Shown here in pieces: positions 53,351-64,000 of a stretch of 64,000 nucleotides of DNA. The position numbers and the translations under genes were made by a program. The notes beneath the pieces were generated by a model. The model was not told the DNA's origin. It was given only the letters and a program-made list of their open reading frames with translations, and made no database searches. The DNA comes from Eledone cirrhosa (Eukaryota): NCBI GenBank assembly GCA_964016885.1, contig OZ024740.1, positions 51,956,001 to 52,020,000 of the forward strand, in the 5' to 3' direction. Position 1 is the first letter of the stretch. Every line of letters begins with the position of its first letter.

Positions 53351-53622
53351 ACCACTTATATTGGCGGTGTTAAATTCGGTGACGGATTAAGTAAGCCACA
53401 AGGGTATTTGAACTTAGAAAATAGGAACAAATACTAGTCTTCCTAGATCGGTATTTTATGTATCCCCACTCTCAGGAGGATTGAAGGTAGAGTTTACTTC
53501 ATCATGATTTTAATTCAAAACGCAAGGAGCTGAAATAAACACCGACGCTCTAACGCCTTTTCTAATTCGAATGTAAGTATGATTACTGGAAATAAATATG
53601 GTTTACAGACGTTTATATAATA

Positions 53623-53838
53623 ATTTCTTATATAGGCACAAGGCCAGCAATTTTGGGGGAGGGAAAAGTCAATTAAATCGACCCCAGTGCGTGACTGGTA
53701 CTTTATTATGTCGACCTCGTAAGGATGAAAGGCAAAGTTAACCTCGGCGGGATTTGAACTCAGATCATAAAGGGCCGTAACTCTATGCTGCAAGGCATGG
53801 CGTGCGACCCTGTACCGATACTGCCAATCCACCGCCCA
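53623..53838 (-). mobile_element. Full-length tRNA-derived SINE (dominant family)
   Basis: Reverse complement of 39926-40141; flanks gacgtttatatataa / gacgtctatataataa resemble a TSD. Confidence 0.88.
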
Positions 53839-55081
53839 TGGACGTCTATATAATAAGCTTCATTCTTAACAACTTAATAATCTCGTTTATCAGAGAGAAT
53901 AACATTTAAGACGTAACAGTAAATTAATTGAAATTATAAATTTATACAAGATCGTGTTACATTATTACGCTAGAATTCTACGTTTTATTTTGCTCTGTAA
54001 TATAATAGTCTATAATAGCAATTATCGTTATATTGTGGGCGCTGGAAATCAATATATGTAAACAACGACCTATTGATTAAGAATAATGACTAATTTGATA
54101 ACTAATTATGTAACGAGTGAAAAACCGATTTAATACAACTTCAAAATCTACAATGTTTTCAAATATTAGTTAATTAACATAGATGTATTGAAACGCATAA
54201 CAGAATTACTACGTTATAAAATTAGTGACTACATTTTAGATTAATGCTGGAAATTCATATGCAGTCGACGATGAGGAAGCGGTGATATAATTTAGTTATT
54301 GTAGTTAAACTAATCTGAAGTGCGAGTTCCTCTCTCGTGGCTCAAAAACTGTTCCAGAACTTGAATACACCACAACACGCTAATGAAGCAATTGTCTATT
54401 TATATCGTACATCTGTTTAACCTATTAAAGTAAACAATTTTCATGTGTATATTTAACTTTATTGTATAATTTCCTGACTGTTGTTTTGGGGGTCACTATG
54501 CATAAAGGTATCGAATTAGCAGAGTCATTAGAGCATCGGATAGAGTTCTTTACAGTATTTGTTCCGTTTTTTTTGGTGCTCCGAATTTAAAGTCCGTTGA
54601 GTTTAACTTTGCCGTTCGTACCCAGCTACTTGTACTATAAGGACGGATGAGGAGGTAAACGCCAAAGACTATAGTATTGCCGTGATGAGCAGTGATCCCA
54701 AGTTTTGAATGACAATGACGTAACATGGCACCGCAAATCCGATAGCAGAAGGGAATATACGATGGATCGGTCATCGTGTCAGACCTAAGTCGACAGAAGA
54801 AAAGAAGTCATCTTGGAACGAGATATCTGCATAGATAAGAAGAAACTGCAGAGACTAATAGGTCGGGGTGTGAATAGTGGAGAGGTGCTAAAAAAGGGAG
54901 CAAAGGAATGTATTTAGAAATAATTCCTGAGATAGTGGGAAGTGCTGGCGAACCCATACAGCTCTGGTTCCCGGGGTGCTGTAAGCGCCCTAGACTTTTG
55001 TTTTCAAAAATATGACTAGCTTTATTTAGGGGGTGAAAATAGTATTGGAGGACTGATTCTCGTATAGGTAGAATCAAACTA

Positions 55082-55425
55082 CAGGGTGGTCCGAAAGTCT
55101 TGTCACCCCTTGTCACATATTGTTTTAACTTTCATTATTTTTTGTTTTAATAATATAATACATAATATCGTTAATTATAATATATAATAATAATAATATA
55201 ATTTTCTATTTCAGAGCTCTTACAGTTTGGAAGAGATGCTGATTACAAGTGTATGGACACATGATCGTGTGCATTCTGGCAAGAGCATGGAGGATGTGCG
55301 ACACGACTTCACTGTAAGATTCGGCAAACCAGCTCCTCCGAAGAGGACGATACTGCGATGAGAACATGCACTGTTTCTCATTACTTTTTGGTAGCGGGTG
55401 ACAAGAATTTCGGAGGACCACCCTG
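55082..55425 (+). mobile_element. Tc1/mariner-type non-autonomous element with a transposase HTH remnant
   Basis: TA-cagggtggtccgaaagtcttgtcaccc ... gggtgacaagaatttcggaggaccaccctg-TA; internal VRHDFTVRFGKPAPPKRTILR*. Confidence 0.85.
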
Positions 55426-55556
55426 TACATATGTTTCAATTTTAGCAAGCATCAATCGGTAATACTTAAGTTTAGAAAACCACTTTCACTTTTGGCAACA
55501 GATGCTAATATCTCTTCGTTTGGCAACGTTTAATTTCTTGCGTCAAATTATTAAAT

Positions 55557-55650
55557 AATTGTTTCTACTTTTGGCACAAGGCCAGCAATTACCCAGTGCA
55601 TTACTGGTACTTCCTTTTATCGTCCCCGTAAGGATGAATGGCAAAGTTAA
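55557..55650 (-). mobile_element. SINE 3' fragment with TSD-like flanks
   Basis: aaattattaaataa on both sides. Confidence 0.75.
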
Positions 55651-55854
55651 AATTATTAAATAAAATGTGTTTGTTTGAAGTTTGGGAACGTCGAATAATT
55701 GTTTACCCTGTGTAGAACTTATTTTGGAGGAAGGTGGTAGTCATGTTAGTCTATTTCGACAGGTCATTATTTGTGTGTGTATATGAGCATGTGTGTGCGT
55801 GTGTGCACCAGTTTGTTTGTTTGTACGTATGTATGTATATATGTATATATGTGT

Positions 55855-56472
55855 CGGGTCACTCTTGAGTGCTACTGGTAACATGTAACCCAGTACAACT
55901 TGTCGCATGGTCGGGTCGTCGGCGACTAAACTGGCAACCCCACCAAGTTTACTTGGTGAGGAGGGTGATTTTGGACACCCTGCAGGACAAAAAACAAAAT
56001 CTGACAAAGGGCGGAAGACCTCATAAGAGTCAATGACCATCCGAAAGTGTGTAAATATGTATATGCACATGTACATATGTATGTATATGTGTATATACAT
56101 GGGTTCATGTGTATGTATATACGCGGGGACATAGAAATAGTCGGGCTGGACACCAGATTGCGCGGTTAAACCACTAGGAGTGAAGGACCCCTAGCCTTTG
56201 TCAGGGCATTCTTCTAGGAGAAGGCAACTCAGGAAACTGGGATAACTCCGATATAAAACCTGCGGCTCAGTAGTTACCGATGATGATGATCTTTTCTTCT
56301 TTTCAGGTTATAACTACTGTCGCTCAGAGAGTGGGATTGGCTCAGTGCACAGTCTTTCCTCACCTTGAAAAACAACTTCACGCACAGGCAATGCACGATA
56401 GTATTAATTAATAATTATTAATAATGTTATATCGTGCAATGGCCATACTCGATGACGAGGGGGCAACCATCA
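55855..56472 (+). mobile_element. RTE-related bipartite element, subfamily A
   Basis: Matches 27773-28274, with a longer internal TG/TA-rich segment. Confidence 0.72.
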
Positions 56473-59134
56473 TGTATGTTCGTATGGATGGATTTATGCG
56501 CGCGCATTTTCATTTTTCTTATATGTTCAGTTACATGGTCAGTCCCATTGCCTCATTGGGATATCACTGAACTTCGTTTTAATTCAGTTTCTTCAGAGTA
56601 GATTAAACTGGCTGAGCCCATAATTCTCAAATGTATTATAATCGAAAGCTGCTGTACATCTATCTAGTTATACATTGATATATTAAAATGAGTGTCCTCA
56701 ATTTAGTTGTTACTCACTCGTCTTCCTCTGTGATTGTCTCATTTGGTAGTAATTTCGAAACTTCGAAACAAGCCCTTTATTTAAATCACGAGAATAGATT
56801 GTTCTCATTCCATTGTCAACAGCCAGGATAACCTCGTATGAGTTATTAATTGCATGTGATATCACTTTCCCGTACCCTAAACTAGAATATATATAGGTAC
56901 ACTAATCCAGGAATTAAACTTACATCAACCAAGTAAACTGTCACACTTAGCGTTCAACCAACATTTATATTTATTATGCTACAATCTCTCAACGACAACT
57001 AAGTCATGGAAATTAAGAGCTTTAAAATTTTTTTTTATAATGATAATTCCTCATCGCTAAAATAACCCCCTACTTACCCCGCAAAAAATCTACGTAGTCC
57101 TTATTTCCAGTTTATTGCTACGAATCAGAGATAATTAAATGACATGGAGCATCTACATGTGAAACTGCGATAATATCTAAACTCACCATAGCATCTAACA
57201 AAAGAATTGTTAATTATATATCGATCGCACCGTTTAGTAGTAGCAGATATTCCTGTACTTCTAGTTCAGAGCTCGACACCGAATGTGAAAAATAGACCAT
57301 TCGGTTTCCAATACACCGACCTATAACGTTGGAAGCTGATGTATTTTCACTTAGTAGATGTAGTTTTCTGTAGGTTTTCTGTAAATTTTCTGTAGATTGG
57401 CAAAATCTTTACAGTAATGGTTAAATAATTTGCGGTATTTATTCCTGCACTTTATGCTCAAATACTTATGAGGTTAACTTTGTCATCCATCATTCCTAGA
57501 CTGATAAATAAAGTACCAGTTATGTATTGGATCAACTCCCCTATTTCTCAGAGTCGGCTATGCTGTGTTATGAGGAGACGTGGCAGACAACTCACAGGAT
57601 ACCTTTTCTTCATGTCAACTACTATCACAATAGAAGAATGTGATTAGGCAAGCTTATTGGCAGTGGGTGGACAACGATGACCACGATGACAGCAATGAGG
57701 ACAATGATGATGATCCTAGATAACAACAAGAGCAACGTGGCTGTGTGACGGAGTCTAGAGATTGGAAAAAATAGAATTTTGTTCCCAATTATACGATAAA
57801 GCCATTGACACAAACCCCAACACACATATTTACACGCATGCGCGCACATACACATATATACAGCTTAAGGCAAATAATAATAATCTTCAACCAATAAGAT
57901 TTTATATTAAATTTATGGAGCTCTTAACCAGAAATAAGGAATGGATAACTTAGACAATAAAATTGTTATTGTGTTGATTGGTTAAGTCTCCTGATTTTAT
58001 CAGTTCACTTAGCCACATTTATTTATAAATCTCTTCGATCATTCCGTATATTATTTTATTAGTTTTGTAACGAAACCTTACTATATATTCTCGGTAAACA
58101 GCTATATCATGCTATTCGTTGTTCTTATACGACATAACTATAACTAAGTTGTCGCTAAGGTCTCAATGTTCTGACTCTTTTATTTATGAAACAATAGTTT
58201 CCCACCACATCTGTTGGTCGTCGTTGTCATCTCCATGGGAGCATGTGTGATTGTACGATTAGGATGTTCGCTTCACAATTCGATCTAGCTATGGGGCGCA
58301 TATTTTGAGTCGACCAAAGCATTGGAGTGACAGCTAGTAGTGAGGATTGCTGTTCTCTTGGATGGTAGACTTAATTCGTTGCCTAGTTTAATACAACTAC
58401 TTGGCTCCTAGATCTCTTTAGCAGAGTCCACTCTGTTACAAGCATTATTTCCAGGTCTTTCAGCCCGAGAATAATTTATTCTCTTCCTTTCACTGATCTC
58501 GAAGACTGAAAAGTATCAAGGACACAGCTCTTTCTTCTAAACTGAGTCGCAGTGCTAGGTCAGTTCACAAGGTATAGATGACTACTAAAAGGAAGACAAC
58601 TAGGGTTCATATCCTAAACCCAACAGCCCTTCAATGTGTCTTTGATGGAGATTCTTAACTTTCAATGGTCCAGCCCAGGCAAGAGGTTAAGCAAGTTTTA
58701 TCGATTTTGAAGGAGAAAAGAGAGATTGGGAAAGACAGATGTTTGAGGGTCAGAAGGAAACGGAATTTGCGGAAAATATCCTGAAGTAACAGAGAGATAC
58801 GACGGATGACAGTGGGTAAAAGAACTCTAACTTTGGGTGCATACTGTTGGAAAAAGTGTTGAGGGTGGTCTTGGTTGAGCGCATTCTTGATCTTATATTC
58901 AGGACAACCTATCTTTTGGATTTCGAAAGGGAGTTCGAATCCTGGCTGCACAGACCATGGTGTCGGAGAAATTGTGAGAATAAATTGCAGTGAGAAGATC
59001 AGAAGTCAAGGCAGGAGTGTAGGTCAATAGGGATTAAAATTCACTGAGGTAGAAATGCGCATGCTATCTTTAGAGATGGTACAAATATATTCCAGAAAAT
59101 ACATTCTAAACTACTAATCTGTATGTATGTTATC

Positions 59135-60111
59135 TCTTTCTCTTAATTTCGAGTATATTTTTTTGACCGGCCACCTTCCTAGTGGCAAGGTTGTAAAAGA
59201 AAAGAAATTGTCATCCCTTGAATCGCAAGAATGTTTTGCAGATTTTGAAGGTGCCAGCTATCGCAGCCATTTGTAGACTATGAATTAGGGAGCTGCGCTT
59301 TTAATCCGCAAATCCAAGTTCAGTCATACTTTGGTCCAAGCGGGTTGGTATATAACCCGTAGCTCCAATAATGATGGGTATGAAGCTAAAGGTGTATCTT
59401 GGATACTGGATTTGTAAACTCCTCATCAATGGTCCGTAGATGTCCTCCTTCTCCTGTATTTTTCTGACAACGTTTACATCAAGTGGGCAGCTGATCGCCA
59501 CAACAGAACACGTTTACAATGTGTGGTCCCAAACAACAATATCAGGCCGGTTGTGCTTTAATTTGGTGGCAGTTTTTATTTTCAGGTTCCACCAGTATTC
59601 CTTAGTGCCATCTGTCTCAATATATTCTTCCTCGTTTGTTGTTAATTTTGTTTTCCGAAGTGCGTTCCAGATGGTTCTAGCTATCCCATCGTGTCTCATG
59701 GGGAGGTAGTAGCGAGATGACATTCTTTCGCAGCTGGCAACAATGTGGCTTACATCCTCGATCTTTGTTTTACATAGCCTACATTTATTGTCAGCTGCTG
59801 GCCCTCCTCTTTTGTGCAGCAGATATTTGGTAGGGAGTTCTTGTTCCTGTATTGCATAGAGATATCCCTCAAGGTGTGATGTCATAAACTTGTCGGAACT
59901 CCATGCCAGGCTTTTTGAGTGGTTTATCCCCTCTATGGTCTGTGTTTTACGCCTCAAGTATCCATGCACAACTTTTTCTGTAAATTGGTCAATTTTTTTA
60001 TCTTGTTTGAACATTGAATAGGATCTTCCGATTTCTCTGGGTGAGAGATTTATATCAGGCTTTATTCCATATCTCTCCTCCAGATCAGACGCTATTCTAA
60101 TGATATTTTTT
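59135..60111 (-). pseudogene. R4/Dong-like REL retrotransposon 3' part (second, divergent family)
   Basis: EGYLYAIQEQE, CRLC..HIVASC...YYLPMRHD, HNRPDIVVWD, IIIGATG; short (CATA) tail at 59120-59130. Confidence 0.88.
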
Positions 60112-60173
60112 TGTATGTATGTATGTATGTATGTATGTATGTATGTATGTATGTATGTATGTATGTATGTATG

Positions 60174-62272
60174 TTCTTCTGGTTTTATAATTTCACAATT
60201 TTTTTCACAATTTTTTTCCCAATAAACAGAGAGTCGATTTCTAACATAGACTCAAGACTCTTTCATTGGAATTTACACAACATCAACTAGGTAGATATGT
60301 ATGTATGTATGCATGTGTAGATATGGATGTTATTGTATGTGTGGATGTGTATGTTTTGAGTTGTATGTGTGCATGTGTATATGCTTTGTATCTGTACATG
60401 TTTATATGCAGTTATTAGATGCAAAATGTTTGGAATGTTTTACATATTTTTTACTGTTCCATTAATGGATTGTACTTGTAATTTCCTAACTAGTTGTGCT
60501 ATTTCTGTTCCCGTGAAGCTCAGCTTCTCAAGATTTGTATTGAGGCAGTTACTAACATACCCCAGTGCCCCAATAATCACAGACATAAATCTGAAGGTGT
60601 AATCAGGGTGGAGTATCTGCAGATTTCTCATCAGTTCTGCATAAATATTCTCCTTTTCGCTAATCTTTGGTATTATGTTGGCATCTGCTGGGCAGCTAAT
60701 TTCCACTACTGTGCATGCTTTCTTCTCCCTGTCCCATATCATAATATCTGGGCTGTTATGCCTGCATTTTATTGGAGTTTTTACTGGAACATTCCACCAG
60801 TACTCTTTCATATTATGTACATGGATGACTTCCACATTGCTGTAGCTTTTAATGTTTATTATCGGGCTATCTTTTTTACGAACTGCATTGTACAGTGGTT
60901 TGGCCACTACATCATGCCTCATAGGTAGATAGTACCGCGATGACATCTTTGGGAGCTGCTGATGACATGGGTGATATCCTCGATGTTAGTTCTGCAGAGT
61001 TTGCACTTGTTATCACATCTAGGTGTTTTGCCTGCATCGCTATCTCTTTTGTGAATCAGGTATTTCGTGTTAATCTCCTATTCTTGGATTGCAAAAGCGT
61101 ATCCTTCAAAGTGGGAGCCAATATAGCGGTTGTTGGTCCAAGATAGACTACTTTCCTTATTTATATTACTCTCACTCTGGAGCTTCCTGGCAACATATCC
61201 ATGCATGATTTTTTGCTGATAAGCATGCAGTTTTTCATCCATGGATTCACTGCGATACTGCTGAGCGACATCCCTGGGTGTGAGTTTTTGATTATCACAC
61301 AGGGAATATCTCTCGAGGAGTTCCTTCCCAACTTTCATGATCTTATCTGTTTCATGCAGATAGACTTGCTCGAGAAGCGGGCTCCTACGCTTCGAGGTTC
61401 GTAGATGTTGTCGGAGAGATATGATGCGACATTCAAATGTTGTCTGGACTGATGTTAGGCCTCTGCCTTCCTGCTTACGTTTCAAGTAAAGGCGGTCTAT
61501 CTCACTGTTGATGTGGAAGTTTCCGGTGTTGTTTAGTATTTTTCGAGTTCCAACATCAACTGCTCGGATTTCGTCTATCATCCAATTGAGTATTCCAAAC
61601 GTTGGTGTTAGGACAAGTACAGCAAGCACATTGTGAGCCACTGTTGTGTTTTGCGCAGAGAGTTCCGATGACCAGATCTTTCTTAATCGGGTGTAGTATT
61701 CCCTGGTTACAGGTTCTTTATTACAGATACCATTATAGGATTTGTTCTCATCTATCCCCAGGTATCTGTAGCAGTCCTCATCAGATATCGGTGAAACAGT
61801 TAGGCAATTGATGACAATGTTGCTAGATTGGGTTTTTCCCCGCTTTACAGTCATGTATGAGCATTTATCTTGGCTAAACTCCATTCCTATATCCTTTGAT
61901 AACGTTGTAACCAGGTCAAGATATTTCTTCTTCCCATCCATGTTCCTAGCATAGAGTTTCAGATCGTCCACAAAGAAATTATGGGTTAGGCTCGTATTTA
62001 TGTCCTCCTGTGAGCCAATGATGTATCCCTCACATTTCTGGAGCAGAAATGACAAGGGGTTTAATGACAAGATGAATAATATCACTGAGAGACTGTCCCC
62101 CTGAAATATACCCCTGCAATATTTTATTTTATCAATGAAAATAGAGTCCTCCCTCTCTGTCTTTAACCTTAGGATAGTAGCCCAAGAAGAAGACAGCCTC
62201 TTCATGGCCCTGACAATAATGGCTGGGACTTTAGCAAGTTGGAGGGCTTCTATCATCCAAGAGTGGGGAAAA
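60174..62272 (-). pseudogene. R4/Dong-like element (RT + zinc knuckle + REL endonuclease), 5'-truncated
   Basis: GIFQGDSLS, FFVDDLKLY, YRYLGI, RLYLKRKQEGRGL, RHDVVAK, HNSPDIMIWD; 3' end aaaaccagaagaa(CATA)n. Confidence 0.92.
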
Positions 62273-62283
62273 TGTATGTATGT

Positions 62284-62658
62284 AATTCTAGGAGAAGGAA
62301 AACTCTGATATAACACCTGCAACCCTGATGGTATCCAATCATGTTGACTTATTCTTCTTTTTGGTAAATTTCATCTTGGTTAAGAGAGTTGGACTGGCTT
62401 TGTGCAATGCCTTTGCTCACTATAAAAGCTTCACGGCACAGGCATTACTTTATATCTGGAGATCTCTCTGCACTTGTCGTCACATGGTACCATGGGCCCA
62501 GCACTATGTGTCAGTAATTGTCACAAGTGTAGTGTTTGTACCAGAGTTTTCAAGTCGCTAGCTGGACTAAAAAGTCACACTCGTTCAGCGCATCGGTAGG
62601 GGTTCTCCTACATGGATATAAAGTAGTGGCCGTACTCGAAAACGAGTTGGCAGCCACC

Positions 62659-62659
<1 letters not shown>
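62284..62659 (+). mobile_element. RTE-related bipartite element, subfamily B (5'-truncated)
   Basis: Near-identical to 28539-28914; (TGTA)n tail. Confidence 0.78.
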
Positions 62660-62689
<30 letters not shown>

Positions 62690-62883
62690 TGTATGTATGT
62701 ATGTATGTATGTATGTATGTATGTATGTATGTATGTATGTATGTATGTATGTATGCATGCATGCATGCATGTATAAATATGTATATATATATGTATGTGT
62801 ATGTATATGTAAATGTATATGCCTTTTGCATACACACACACATATATATATACGTATATATATATGTGTGTGTGTATGCAAAA

Positions 62884-62933
<50 letters not shown>

Positions 62934-62954
62934 TTTCTTAAAATAACAGATTAA

Positions 62955-63003
62955 AGTTTAAGCAAAGAATCGCTGCTTTCACCCTTAACGGGATCTTCTG
63001 AAA
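62955..63003 (-). ncRNA. Hammerhead-like motif, family B (near-solo insertion)
   Basis: Reverse complement of 9648-9696 in an ~75-bp insert between (TA)n. Confidence 0.6.
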
Positions 63004-63158
63004 TATATATATATATATATAACGAAGGAAGTGTGGTAAGGAAGCAGGTGGACCATAACGCACCAGAGTACTCGATACTCTGGGTAGCAGAGTGGGTAAT
63101 AGGAAAAGGTTCAGGACCCCGACGGCAGAGCTCGATTCGTCGGGGTCCTGAACCTTTT

Positions 63159-63199
<41 letters not shown>

Positions 63200-63592
63200 A
63201 CGGCGGGTAAAATTCCCGAGATCCATGGACGAGTTCTCTCCAGCGGTCTCTGTCCCTCATTATCGCTGCCATGTCCTGCGTCTCCAAGAGACCAGTGTCT
63301 GTCCTTAGAGCATCAATATCTGTTAGCCTCGTTCTTCCTCTTCCAGTGTGTCCATGCAGGGGCTCCTACAGGAGCATTGAATGTAGTGTCAACTCTGGAT
63401 GTCGGTGAGCATGTCCAGCTAACCTCAGTCTCCTCTGTGTCACTTTTGAGCTGACTTTTGGGAGGCTCCCGTACGGCTCTGAGTTTTTCACCCTCAGTGT
63501 ATACTGATTAATGTTCAGATCCATCCTTAGCATTCTCGTGTAGCACCCATCCACCATCTGAGTGAGTTTCTTGGTCAGTGTCCAAGTCTCAA
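63200..63592 (-). mobile_element. LINE 3' end (RTE-like), same family as 9830-10071
   Basis: ETWTLTKKL...DGCYTRMLR..LNI...RRLRLAGHAHRH. Confidence 0.8.
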
Positions 63593-63647
63593 ACATGCAT
63601 ACATACATGCATACATACATGCATACATACATACATACATGCATACA

Positions 63648-64000
63648 TGGTGGCTGCGAACTCGTTTTCGAGTACGGCCACTACTTTATATCCATGTAGG
63701 AGAACCCCTACCGATGCGCTGAACGAGTGTGACTTTTTAGTCCAGCCAGCGACTTGAAAACTCTGGTACAAACACTACACTTGTGACAATTATTGACACA
63801 TAGTGCTGGGCCCATGGTACCATGTGACGACAAGTGCAAAGAGATCTCCAGATATAAAGCAATGCCTGTGCCGTGAAGCTTTTATAGTGAGCAAAGGCAC
63901 TGCACAAAGCCAGTCCTACTCTCTTAACCAAGATGATATTTACCAAAAAGAAGAATAAGTCAACATCATTGGATACCATCAGGGTTGCAGGTGTTACATC
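63648..64000 (-). mobile_element. RTE-related bipartite element, subfamily B (runs off the window)
   Basis: Reverse complement of 28562-28914. Confidence 0.8.

Overview
AT-rich, microsatellite-saturated eukaryotic DNA with no host protein-coding gene I can support. The repeat types suggest an animal, most likely a coleoid cephalopod such as an octopus; this is inferred from my recall of similar SINEs, not from a search. The window is mostly transposon-derived. It holds Penelope-like elements (PLEs, RT + GIY-YIG), R4/Dong-like and CRE-like restriction-like-endonuclease (REL) retrotransposons, a nearly intact Tx1/L1-type ORF2, and RTE and CR1-like LINE fragments. It also holds tRNA-derived SINEs, RTE-derived bipartite elements, mariner- and piggyBac-type MITEs and a non-autonomous Helitron. 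Most ORFs in the supplied track are microsatellite artefacts. The main signal the ORF track misses is about 16 type I hammerhead-ribozyme (HHR) motifs in six sequence families, folded by hand. Several carry core variants (U3-A8, U4A, G12A, U10/U11, an extra base after A9), and most sit in asymmetric fold-back PLE insertions within (TA)n tracts. Each retroelement class also appears tied to its own microsatellite. Other notable items: an in-frame internally deleted Dong-like mini-element, a 17-bp minisatellite inside a mariner transposase remnant, and an unclassified 2.5-kb element with ~375-bp inverted termini.
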